Positions 14,911 to 34,699 of a stretch of 64,000 nt of DNA are shown here, in pieces. Made by a program: the position numbers and the translations under genes. Source of the DNA: the human T2T-CHM13v2.0 reference genome, Homo sapiens; assembly GCF_009914755.1 (NCBI RefSeq), contig NC_060945.1. One strand, 5' to 3'. Positions within the stretch are counted from its first letter, which is position 1; each line of letters begins with the position of its first letter. The notes below the pieces were generated by a model. The model saw only the letters and a list, made by a program, of their open reading frames with translations. It did no database searches and had not been told where the DNA came from.

Positions 14911-14949
<39 letters not shown>
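14911..14949. repeat. (AC)19 microsatellite
   Basis: Perfect dinucleotide run. Confidence 0.97.
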
Positions 14950-14952
<3 letters not shown>

Positions 14953-15343
14953 TTTCTGTTCTCTTTTTTATTTGGGAATATTGACTTCCAAAGTAAATGA
15001 AACATTTTTAAATTCAGATAATAAATAGAAAAACCTAAATGTGCACAAAATAAACAGATCCTGCTCTCTTGTCCCTTCAAGAGCTGCATCTCACTCCAAT
15101 TTTTCTTCTCCCTATAACCTTATCTAGATTCCCAGTTGAGGGAACCGATGACCTAATTCCTCTCAGTTTAAATGCAACACAGGAGCAAATTCCAAATATC
15201 TATGCTGGTCTTGCTGGGATTGCAGAACCCCAGGGTGGTTATCCTCCTCCAGAGGTAATCCTGTGATCAGCACTAACGCCACATACCAGCCCTTTCATCA
15301 GCTTGTTGGAGAAGCATCTTTACTTCCCACCAAGCAGTGACCT

Positions 15344-16058
15344 AGATACCATCTCACACCAGTTAGAATCAGGATCATTAAAAAGTCAAGAAAAAACAGA
15401 TGCTGAAGAGGATGTGGAGAAATAGGAATGCTTTTACACTGTTAGTGGGAATGTAAATTAGTTCAACCATTGTCAAAGACAGTGTGGCGATCCCTCACAG
15501 ATCTAGAACCAGAAATACCATTTGACCCAGCAATCCCATTACTGGGTCTATACCCAAAGGATTATAAATTACTCTACTATAAAGACACATGCACACATAT
15601 GTTTATTGCAGCACCATTCACAATAGCAAAGACTTGCAACCAACCCTAATGCCCATCAATGACAGACTGGATAAAGAAAATCTGGCACATATACACCATG
15701 GAATACTACGCAGCCATAAAAAAGGATGAGTTTATGTCCTTTACAGGGACATGGATGAAGCTGGAAACCATCATTCTCAGCAAACTAACACAGGAACAGA
15801 AAACCAAACACATGTTCTCACTCACAAGTGGGAGTTGAACAATGAGAACACATGGACACAGGGAGGGGAACATCACACACCACTGCTTGTCAGGGGGTGG
15901 GGGGCTAGGGGAAGGATAGCATTAGGAGAAATACCTAATGTAGATGAAGGGTTGATGGGTGCAGCAAACCACCATGGCATGTGTATACCTGTGTAACAAA
16001 CCTCCATGTTCTGCACGTGTATCCCAGAACTTAAAGTACAATACAAAAAAAAAAAAAA
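15344..16058 (+). mobile_element. 5'-truncated L1PA (about L1PA6-8) 3' end
   Basis: End of ORF2, 3'UTR G-rich tract and poly(A). Confidence 0.93.
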
Positions 16059-18399
16059 GTGTAATCCAGTTTACATTTTCAAGGTCAAAGTGGGTACAAT
16101 GCTATCTATCTTGGGCTAAGAAGAGAAAAGGAAAAATTCTTGCTTTAAATCTTAGAAGTCTGGTTTTTTTCCCTGTTTTGTACCCCATCCTCTTGGTCTC
16201 TCTAGATATATTTAAGACTCACATAGGACTTGTCTTTTCTACATTATCTCAAAATTTTAGCTCTTATCCTCAAGATATGTGCCCATTTTGCTCAACTTTT
16301 ATATTGCATGATTAGCAAAGCAAATCCTTTTATGTTCTCAATCTAACAATGAAACACCAAACTAGAAATTTATTGCCATTCCTCAAACTGACATCATTCA
16401 ATGATCAAAATAAAATGCATCCATAATATCCTAGAAAATTTACATGTCCCATTCTTAAAAAGAAAGGCAAACTATTTTTAACGTTTAACGTGACATGCAT
16501 TTGTTTTTAAATGTCTCAGTTTTATATAACCATATACTCAAGGTCTTTATCATTCAAGGTACAGGAAGGTTGTGTGTTTAATCTTTAGCATGGTTGTAGG
16601 AGATATGATTCACAGAGTAGAAAATAGATAAAAATAAGCATGCAGCCAGTATGGTGCCAAATCATCAGAACTCGACATCTTATTGACAAATGGAAGTCAT
16701 TCTTCTTTATTTCTTGAGCAAAGCAGTTTCATAAAAGATAAATAGCTTTCAGTCAGAATAGCCTAACCTGCAATATGCATCTTTTTGACATGTATATTCT
16801 AATACTACTCTAGACCATAAGATTAAAATAAGAAAAATCTCAGAGTAGTGTGTTGACAAGAAGCACTGGTTGAATCTGTATTTTTTTTTTCCATTTTTCA
16901 TCTCCCAGAATTTGGCTCTGTGTATGTTTGTACCTTACTGGCTGTCATTAAGTAATCAACTTCTAGTGACCTTCAAGCATCATTTTCTAAAGTTTTATGC
17001 AGGGGAATAATTTCTGGGACATGTCCTTTTTTATATCAAACATCAAAAACCATTTAATGCTTTGGAGACACTATGTTTTGTTTTCAGAGACCAGGATAAG
17101 GCGGAACATGTTTCTGATAGATGTAAGAGACTGAATTATAGATTTGTGAGCTTGAGAAAGCCACTTAGCTACTTGGATTTTCATCTTCTCACCTTGCAAT
17201 GGAAGAATTTTGCATCAGGTGTTTCTTTTCTTTTTTTTTCTTTTTAATTACATCGGCTCTATAAATAATTTTACCATCTATGAATAATTGTTCTTTTGCT
17301 AGCATAGAAAGGAGACAGGTGATGAGTGAAGTGGAATGAAAAAATTAAGGGGACTCAAGCCTTTGGCACTGAAACCATCTTCCCTCTGTGGGCCCCTGAG
17401 GATACTGTTTATTGCTGAAAGTGCTGCTTGCCCAGGTTCCCAGCCCCTTCTCTCCACAAACCCTGTTGACAGGCAGCCATGGAAGCCTCTCGCCTTTTAC
17501 CTTCTGATATAGAAAACTGAATCAAAGCCCTTGAGAAAATTGGTGAAGTAGCAGAAAACTTCAATTTTCAAATATTCATTGCTTTCATATTGGCCAATTT
17601 GCACATGTGGAGGAGTTTTACAGCAGACTCCCTTTGATTAAATCTCCATCTCTGCACTCATCTAGCTGTTCGACTTCTTTGAAATTCATCTCCAAATTTT
17701 TGCCTCATCTGCAAATTGGGCAAAATACCTAGATGTGTGCTATTATGGAAGAAAAGCAATCATTTACAAGTGTTCAAAAAATACTCTTCTCCTCCCTGTA
17801 CTTCATGGTCAAATCATTTTGGAGAGTATTGGCAATGACACTGGACATTGTCCATAATAAAACTCTATAGAATCTACTTCTAAGCCAAACATTGTTTAGT
17901 GAGGAGCCACGTCTTGAAATGACAAGATGTGAATGAAACTGACTCCTTTACCTGAACGAACTTACTATATCTGTTTACACTGATCAATTTTGTCTTGACT
18001 TGAAATATTGATTAGATTGGCTACTTTCTGAAGCTTGAACTTTGTCTGCCTCTGTGACCACATCTCCCTCTCTTTTGCATCTCCCAGCCTCACAACTTCA
18101 AAGAAAGCATATAATAACCTAGGCCTGATGATGAAATCAGTTCTGCTGATGTCAAATTAGTTATGCCTGTGAAAGCTCTTGGAAAAGGATGATAAGAATA
18201 AAGTAAAAACCAGTTTCTTAAAAAGTAAACTACTTTTCACTAGATAAAAAGCCAGTGTATAGGAAACGTGTGCTCTACCTCAGTTTTGTGGGACTTATGA
18301 GAGAGAGTATAGAATAGCCCACAAAAGGACAATCAGGAGGCCTGGTCCCTAAATAACGCTTTCCTCCCTCCTCACTCTCCATCTGGGCTGTTACTTGTA

Positions 18400-18620
18400 G
18401 TGTTAGAAAGTATAACACAGCAGCACATACATTGGGTTGGAATCCTAACTCTACACTTCACTAAGGGAGTGTTCTTAGACAAGTTACTTGCTGTCTTAAC
18501 TCATCATAAAAATGAGGGCGGTAGTGTCTAACTCAAAGAACTGGGGTAAGTACTCAAGAGAATAATCAGGAAAGACCCTGGCCCAGAGTCTTGCTCAGAG
18601 CACATATATTTTAAAAATGT
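18400..18620 (+). mobile_element. MIR fragment
   Basis: tgggttggaatcctaactct...gacaagttactt...aaaatgagg MIR core. Confidence 0.55.
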
Positions 18621-18649
18621 AGTTAATAATTACTAGTATTATTTTTACT

Positions 18650-18932
18650 GCTGGGTGCGGTGGCTCACGCTTGTAATCCCAGCACTTTGAGAGGCCAAGG
18701 TGGGCGGATCACTTAAGATCAGGAGTTCGAGACCAGGCTGGCCAATATGGTGAAACCCCATCTCTACTAAAAATACAAAAATTAGCCGGGTGTGGTGGCA
18801 TGCCTATAATCTCAGCTACTCGGAGGCTGAGGCATGAGAATCGCTTCAACCTGGGAGGCGGAGGTCGCGGTGAGCCGAGATCGCACCGCTGCGCTCCACC
18901 CGGGACAGCAGATTTAGACACCATCTCAAAAA
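18650..18932 (+). mobile_element. AluS with a very short tail
   Basis: Two-arm Alu; tail replaced by AT-rich palindromic sequence. Confidence 0.93.
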
Positions 18933-19655
18933 CTAATAATATTAATACTAGTAATTATTATTAGTAGTAGTATTTTTTGATAGAGAAGGCTGGATTTGAT
19001 TATCTAAGTTCCTTTTTATCTTTAAAGTTAGACTTTCCCCTTTTGGTTGCTCACAAAATACTCCTTGCAGAGTTTGGCAAACCCTAACGTCAGTGTTTGG
19101 GGGCCTGACCGGATTTGGCAGGAAAGGCAGTCTGGATGGATAATTATAAAAAATAAAAGCTATCCTATCTTTACAAGCCTGGTTGCTGTAGACAATATTC
19201 TGTAAATCTCCAAGATTATTTCATCTTCAGTTAATACTTACAAATACAGAGAACCATCTCAGATAATAAAAGTGAGTGCTGAATATTTTTGCAAGCTATT
19301 ATAACATTTTGAAAGAGTACTATAAACATGTACAAGATGTGACTATGTGGTCATAAAATGAGTTTTCCTGTGTGCCATGAAGGCTCATTATCTTAAAGCC
19401 TCGTGTTGTTCTACAGAAGCCATGTGTGACATTTCGCACTAATGGCTTATGCTGTTACTAAATACTTGTCTCTAACTCCCTCAGTCTTTGGGAATGCAGG
19501 CATCCACTTGCATGTAAATTAATAGCTTTGCAGAGTGGAAATGAGGTACCCAGAAAAGTCCTTTCATTTCCTGAGTCCAATAAGGAAATAAGTTCCTTTT
19601 CCTAATTACATATTTGACCAGAGTTATTGTTTTCAAACTTATATGAAAATACTTA

Positions 19656-19958
<303 letters not shown>

Positions 19959-21862
19959 TCAGATTCAAATATTTTATTTTTAGTTCTCTTTAGATTTAAA
20001 GAAAGTATAGAGATGCACATGGGGACCAAAGGTGCCAATAGAACTTTTACTTAACTTCACTTGTATTCGTTTCTGACATATGAACTCCAGGGCTCTTAAA
20101 TGATTATGTTGTATAATTCTCGCCTTTTGGAAGGCCAAATGTAAAGAAGAAATAATTACCTTAAGCTATACAATTCCAAATCATGGATAAATTAAATAGT
20201 TGGATCATGCATCCCATTTGGAAATGTTTCACTTCTCAACTAACTAAATTGACAGAACTAGCATTACTTTAAGTCTATCAATAAAATGCCTCTAGCAGAG
20301 TAGCATGCTACAGCAATATTTCAGAATCTACATCTCTTCTTGTTTTCATGATTGCAAAAGCATCTACTCTCAAAACATTCTTGGGGTAGGTTAAAAAATG
20401 AGTTTGAAACAGATGTAATTCTATACAAAAAAGTGGGTGTAGCATTTTGATTGAAAGGCATTATGTAAACCAAAAGAATTGGAGACTTTCTATTTAATTG
20501 GAAGCTTTTACTAAGCATAGAAGCACTGTAGTTGGGGAAAGAATTGTTTTCTCAGCATGTATATTTTGTCCGTCATTTGAATCAATATGTATTAGTTTAA
20601 AATTCATAGGTTTCCGATTTCAAAGTCTGTATGTTATTTTGAAACCTCTATCCTCTCAAACAAAATAAAAATATTAAGTGAAGTTGAGTGCTTTTTCAAC
20701 TTCTTCAGATTCCTCCTATTTTACTTGCTCTAATTTCAATATCCTTATTTTAATTACTAAAATAGAATAAGAGGAAGTCTAAAAGTTTTAAGTAATCAGG
20801 GAGAACTTATGACCACCCCTTTTTAACAAAAAAAAAAAAAAAGGAAGAAAAGCAAGAAGAATGACAATTCTTTCTTTAAAAAAGTATATTCTTAGCACTG
20901 AATTAGAATAAAGAACACAAAATTTCCTGTTCTGACATATAACCATTTAACTGTGCATTCTTGGGGAAGTCATTTCAGTCTCATAGACCTTGGTTTTCTC
21001 ACAGGTCACACAATGAACAAGATTCAGAGGCAAGATGCTAACCCGTACATTCTCATAGGAATATCCCATTTGAGGTGCACCAAGAGTAATATAGGAAGGC
21101 TTAGATAGTGTGTTTACAGACAGGAACATAACTAGATAATTCAGAAAAAAACAATTAAGAAAAGTGTAATTGGCTATTGTCTTGGTGAATTTTGAAAACT
21201 ATCAAAGTGCTGCTGAGTTAATTTTAGAAATGGATTGCAAAACTGTAAATTCATTGATACTAGGTGTAGTGTATGTACACACTATTTAACAAGGTAGATA
21301 TTTCAAAAGAATTTTGGTAATATAACAAGAAAATCATAATTGGGTTACAGATACAGACAACACAGTTTCCTTAACACAATCATTATGCGGCTTGATGATC
21401 ACCGTTTCCCTCAAATTACTTTTAAAATGATTATATTCAGTTATCTTCTCTCAACTTGATTTTGATCTCTGCTTGGTAGAAAATACAATTCCCTTCTCAT
21501 TTTTCCTTTCACTTTTTTAGACTTACTTTATTCCTTATACTCTCTTTACCATTCTCGTTTAGACATTTTCTTAGGGCTTTTTATTCTCCTAGATATTTTT
21601 CATTTTTCACTGCATTTTCTCAACATCAATCTCTATTGTCACTGCTAAATACTATTAAGGTATAGTCCAAGGGATATTATATCAAGACTTGTCCTTGCAT
21701 AAAAAAGTAATAAAAGAGAAATAAGAGCTCTTCTAGGAAAACAGGTTTTCCTTTGCTTGCAAGACTTGTATTTTTAAGCAATGCAACACAAATACTGATC
21801 CACTCCCTTCGGTGTTTCCATTTACATGCTTCCAAAAGCAAACAGAACACAGATTTGCTCAC

Positions 21863-22069
21863 CTGCAGATGAATCCTCTCTAGGAACTCCTGCAGAGTCT
21901 TGGATTTTTTGCTGTTACTCCTTCGGTTTGCCTTTATTTTCTTGGGGGCTGCTTCCTCTTCTGAGATGACATCCACATAAATGAATTTGAAGTTTCCCAC
22001 TTTATTGTTCAACATTCCTGTCCACATCCCCATTGGTGTTTTGCAAATAATGTCTATGATGTCTCCTTT
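21863..22069 (-). CDS. SAMSN1: SAMSN1 coding exon 6 (207 nt, phase 0-0): KGDIIDIICKTPMGMWTGMLNNKVGNFKFIYVD...TLQEFLERIHLQ (rest of SH3, start of SAM)
   Basis: Overlaps ORF 21677..22033; acceptor cccttag|AAA, donor CAG|gtgagc. Confidence 0.97.
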
Positions 22070-22215
22070 CTAAGGGCAAAGAAATCCATACACATTAGAT
22101 TTCAGAGAACCTCACTGATAGAAAGAATGAAATCATAGAAAACTAGAATAATGAGGACATTATGCTAAAGGGGTTCAGATATAACAGAAACAAATCTAAA
22201 CATTCACTTGCTTCA

Positions 22216-22483
<268 letters not shown>

Positions 22484-24384
22484 ATTCAAAGAAGTTACTT
22501 ACTAGTTATAATGAAGAAAACTTCAACATTCTTGACAAAAAGCTCTCACATAGTTTGATGACATGTTTCTGTTTCTGTTATTGTATCAATTTATCAACTT
22601 ATAACTGTAGAGTCTGCAGTATAATTTACAAAACACTTTTGCCTACTCTAAGTTATTTTTGCTCACAACACACTTCTTAGATACATAAAGGAGGTATCAT
22701 CATTATTAATGTAGATATTACAGAAAAAGAAACAGAGATATTAAACGACTTCTCAAAAGCTTGCAGGAAGTTAACGGCAGAACCAGAACTCAAGTTCAAG
22801 TTATCTTAACCAAAAATTGATGCTCTTTTTATTTATACTGTCAAAGTAATATATATGTAACAAAGCTCAAGTTATCATTCCAGGAGGTGCTCCCTAGCTG
22901 GGGAAGGAGATGAAAGAGAAGTCTGTTACTCTATATATTTCTAGTGCATCTGAAAAATTTATCTATGGTATAAAATAAACCCATTTCAAGTATTTCATTC
23001 ATCTAAAATAAAGAAATTTTGCAGAATTCACATAAAAGTATGTGTACACTAAGGATAAATTATGCTACTTAATTCTTTTTAAGGTATTCATGCTCTCCTC
23101 TTATTAAGAAGAGATAACATTTAGATTGAGCTCACAGCAAAGTTTAGATTGAAGTATGAATGAATCATATTAGTATGGACAAACCAATTGGTCTTTTTCT
23201 TTACTCACATCTAAGACCATAATTAACTATAGGCTGCCAGTTATTGGCAAGGGTAGAAAACCTCATGGGGATATTTATTTGTAAAGAAAATTTATTTCTA
23301 TGCAAATAGGATGCCTATGTTCAAGAGTTATAGTTCCTCCTTTGAGACTTAAAACTTTCTGCCCCAGAGAGGACTTTACAGATTCTAATATTTTTGCCCT
23401 TTTTAAGTGTCTATCCTCAAACAAACTAAGCATCAAGCCTGCTACTAAAAATATTTTTTCCTGCTGCTCTGAGAATGTGTGTTCTTCCATCTAAAAAACA
23501 AATTTTACTTGTAATGGTATAATTCACCATGACTGAACTAACTGGTCTATCTTGTGATCATCTGTCTGTCTAGTCCTGTGATCTGTTAGGCTTTCTGCCT
23601 TTAATGAAAGGGAATCAAATCATAGGTTGGATGGTATCAGCTAGGGAGACTGAGAAGCTCTCCTGAAGCTCTGGAAAGTTTCTAGGCATGGAAACCCTTC
23701 ACTGCATCCTTCCTATTATCCTTGAAACTTGTAAATTTGCAACTTTATCCTTTAAAGGTATATACCTGTGCATTCCAGGAAAGCCCACAGGTCATCAAGC
23801 AAAGACTCAATTTCATTTTGGATAAGACCCTTGATGGAAATAATAGTATTTCAATTTTCATGGGTAACTGGGGAATTCCTGTTGTGTCCTGTAAGAGCTC
23901 CACAAAAACTCACCTCAGGCAGCAGCAGCAGTGGTCCCTTGGCACGGTATTGTACGGAAGTTGAAAGACTATCCTGAGTCAAACTGTGTTGTGTTTATTT
24001 CCTTCTACTGCTCTCTCCCACAATGGTTACTAGGTTATGGGTACCCTTTCCCCAAGACTTGAACTTAGACATCAGATCATTCCATATACATAACTAAGGA
24101 GCTTACTGTGGGGAACAGTGCATTTTTAATTCTCCAGTTGAGCTCACTCTGATTTAATAGCATGGAAGGGATCAAGAGAAGGGCTGAAGACCTTAAATGT
24201 TAAATAATAATATAAATACTCCATAATATATCATAATTATTAGTTAACATTGGTTTAGTGTTAACAATATAGAAAATTCATACTTTATGCCCTTTGACTT
24301 TTAGCACTTTGTGATACTAGAAAGGAATAATTTAACATCTATGAATTCTTTTAGCGCAAAACCTTCTTCTCTTTGTGCTATTGT

Positions 24385-24921
24385 AACTCACCCCTCTCCT
24401 TGAGTGTGAGCAGGACTATGAAAATGATGGATATCACACTCATGATTATGTTACCCTTATATAATAGGAGGGACTTTGCAGATCCATTTAGTGTACTGAA
24501 TTATTTGATTTTGAGTTAACTGAAAGGGAGATTATCTTGATGGGTCTGACAAATCAGGTAGGATCCCTTAAAAAAAAAGATTAAGGCCTGAGTGAGCTTT
24601 TTCCTGTTCATCCTGAAAGAGCCAACTGCCGTATTGTAGAGAGGGCCTTGGCTGGTGGAATCTAGAGGCTTAGAATGGACTCCAGTTGATATCCAGCAAG
24701 AAAATGGGGTCCTTAGTCCTACAACCACAAGGAACTGAATTCTGTCAAAAGCCAGTGAACTCAGAAGAGAACCCTGAGCCTCAGGTGAGATCACAGCTTT
24801 CTTAGAATTCAGTTGAGCCCATAATTATGACCTACAGAAACTGTGAGCCAGCAATACATTTGTGTTGTTTGATGCCTCTGAGCTTGAGGTAATGTGTTAC
24901 ACAGCAATAGAGAATGAATAC
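24385..24921 (+). mobile_element. MaLR solo LTR (MLT1E-like)
   Basis: Ends tgttacacagcaatagagaatgaataca; internal cctacaaccacaaggaactgaattctg. Confidence 0.75.
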
Positions 24922-25020
24922 AGAGGATAAGAGTAAGAAGGGGGAATTCAGGAGGGAATATCACCAGGAGAAAGGTCTCTGGTTACTCATAGCAACCAAC
25001 TTAAAAAGTACTAGACATTT

Positions 25021-30893
<5,873 letters not shown>

Positions 30894-31100
30894 ATACTGG
30901 AATTGCCCTGCCAAGTCTGGTTCCCAAGGCCTTTGCTCTGCTCAGCTCTCGCCTGACATTTGCACCTTGTCTCCCTCTCTCTTCATTATTTCTATTCCTG
31001 CAAGTATCAGGCAGAGTTGGGCACCTTCAGCAACTGTGAGGCTTTTGGTTTTCAGGAAAATGGAGAGAATTCCTTCCTCCCTGATAGACTCTGAACCTGA

Positions 31101-31514
<414 letters not shown>

Positions 31515-31598
31515 CTAGCCTCCACTTCTACTGTTGGGAAGAACACACTCACACTGTCTTCCCACTGCTTATACTTGCTGAAACAGATCATATAATCA

Positions 31599-31832
<234 letters not shown>

Positions 31833-33777
31833 TTATAACATTCTGAATCATCATCTGGACACAACTAAGTATTGATAATGCTGGAACACTGGATGCCAGG
31901 CTCCTGAGGAAGTTCTAATTGACCCATCCTGGTGTCTGTCTTCCAGTTACTCTCCATCAGTGACGTCTGTCCTCTGAGCCATTTCGAACCTTTTTCCTGC
32001 CAATCTGGCCACTCTCCTCTATCACTAACCCAAGTACCCTCTCACTTCAGTCTCCGTAATCGGATCCAGTGCACAATGTACTAAGTATTGGTCACTTGCC
32101 AAAAGCATCACATTACAAAGTTCCCTACAATTTCCTCCCCAGAGTTCCCACTGTGTACCAAAGGCCATTTTGAGGCAATATTTCTGTCATAACAGGTGGC
32201 ACTTTTGCTTGTTGTATGAGTGCAAGGGAAGGAGAAAGTGTGTCTGAATATCTGCATCCCCATGTGGTTTGAAACTTCTAAACTGGGCCTTTAAAACTGC
32301 TCCAAATCCTTGTTGTCTGGTCCTCTTATTTTTGATCTTAAACTTCAGGAAACAGAGAAAAGAGATAGCATTTTGTCACCTGTCTGGGAACAAGAATGGC
32401 TCCCAGTGGAAGTAATTCTCCTCCCCCACCCTCATACTCAGTCACCACTTCACATCTTCCTTCAGTCAAGCCTTTCATCACTCTGTTCAGTGAGGGAATA
32501 GCCCACGTTTCACTACCATGCATTGTGGAAATAAGGTATAGCTCCTTCAAGATGCTCCACATTGTATGTGAACTGATGTAAAACACAGATGAGTTGCATC
32601 TAATCACATAAATTAAGTGGTATACAGTAATGGTAAAATGGACCACCATCTCTTCACACCCTCCCTTCCATGACAACTCCAGACCAGGGCTTTTCGCAGT
32701 CCATTCTAGTTAATAAAATTCTCCCCACATCCAGCATCACAATATAGAGTTTTTAAACTTCCAGGAGAAATTAATACTAATGAGATCTGAATTTCATACA
32801 TGCAAAAAACATCCTTTAAATGTTTCTGTGTTAGCTTTTGTCACAAAATAACTATTCTACAGCCAATAGGAAAATAGGAATAAAACTCAGGATATTTGAA
32901 ACATCTGGTCTTGCCATACATCTTCAGATAACAGAAGCAGTTGATTTAAAAGGAAATGGGAAACAAACTTTGCAAAAACATTTAAAAACCCTGAAAAGAT
33001 TAGAGAGATGTATAACAGTCTACATACAAAAAGTCATAAGGCACCCTGCAATATCAATCGTTTCATCCAAATATTGTAGCTGGAAATTTGACTAAATCCT
33101 GAGTGATTTCCTTCTTAGAAAAAATATTAATCTTCATTAGAAAATCCTTGTTGGTTACTTTGGATCCCTTTTTGCCACCTAATTGGTCATAGTCCTACCA
33201 TTTATTATTTGCATATTGCTTCACTCTTTACTGATTAATGCTGGGTTAAGATCTAAAAAGTAAATGTCAGTAAAAGTAAATTGATGCAAATGTGCTACAT
33301 TTTTCAGAGTACTTCAGGAAAAAAGGAAAGTGGTCGGGGGAGAAAGAATGAGGGGGACGCAGGGAAGAGGAAGGGAGAAAGAAAGAGACAGAGAATGGAG
33401 CAGAAAATAAATTTCATTTATCTGAATACTTCAAGTCATTTTGAAATATGTTGACTCAAGATAAAGGTGGCTCACTCCAACAAAGGTGTTTATTTTAAAG
33501 ATGCAGGTTTAATCTCCTAATATGGCTTTTTTGAGGAGTATCCCGAGGAGCCCCGTTGACTACAGTGTTAAAAGTTTTCACACACTATATGACTGTGTCA
33601 AATATATTATGTATTATTTAAACAATAGCAACTCTATATAGATTTAATATATCTTACATTTTTACCATTTCTCTTATCAAGTAGCTGGAACCTTGTGGCT
33701 GATTTAACTTGTTGTTTTTTAATTAATTTAACCCAGACCTCACACCCAGGATCTTGTCCCTGATTCATTAGCCTTAC

Positions 33778-33907
33778 TTGATGAGCTCTGTCCACTGTAG
33801 AGACTATCCATGGAGTCACTGGCTTTGAGGGACACCTTCTCTGTGTGGGTCCCAATCACAGGGTCACTGTTTCTATATGGGTGGGCATTCTCTCCATCTT
33901 CCTCATC
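33778..33907 (-). CDS. SAMSN1: SAMSN1 coding exon 4 (130 nt, phase 0-1): DEEDGENAHPYRNS...SDSMDSLYSGQSSS
   Basis: Acceptor ttttctgaag|GAT, donor TCAA|gtaagg; conserved SMDSLYSGQSSS motif; the split Ser codon joins exon 5. Confidence 0.96.
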
Positions 33908-34699
33908 CTTCAGAAAACATATCAGAGGTTAGGTACAGAGAGAAGATTTCCACAGAGATGTACATTGAGTACATTGATTTAATAGACACATATTTTAGCA
34001 ATAAAATACTTAAGGATACATAAGGATAAAATACAAAAGTAGTTCATCTTCAGTTCAATTTCTAGCAAAACCTTTCACAATATACTTGGAAAAATTACTC
34101 AGATGACACATTCTTTCTGTAAAATTCAGTTGAAATTATAATGGCTCATTTTTACAAACTAGGATGAATATCATATCAATATTATTTAATCAAAAGTGTT
34201 AGATTTATTGACATCTATGGTTTATCTTTTAAAGCACTTTTACTTCTTCATGTTGTCCTTATGCTCTATTTACCACCATTACTAATCCATTGAGATCTGA
34301 TCCTACAAGCTTAAACTCTGCATAGTTGTTTCATGTCAGTTATTTGCATCCTACCAGATCACTAGATATGAATAAAACATGTACATTTTGCAATTCTAAA
34401 GCAAAGCTTATCTAAAAAGCTTTACAAATCTAATACCATGCTTGCCACCTAGTCAAGTGAGAAGCAAATCTTGCATAAAATTAGAAAAGACAGACAATTT
34501 CAAAACAAATTATATTTTCTTGAAAACATCTCCAATGTTTTCCATATTTCAATAGTTTGGATTAAACCTATGAATTTCTTAATATTCATCAGAATGTAAT
34601 TCAACATTCTTTATTTGTGAGCATTTCTAAACATTGATAAAACTTCAGAATACACAAATGATATACACTCAGTTTGATTCTCCACTTTTATCCATTTCT

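Noticed and set aside
14497-15000. 167-aa + strand ORF with a THTH repeat
   Set aside because: The repeat comes from the (AC)n microsatellite; no recognisable domain.
15240-15343. Possible snRNA-L1 chimera 5' of the L1PA
   Set aside because: No match to U6, U5, U3 or 7SL as I recall them, and no TSD enclosing it.
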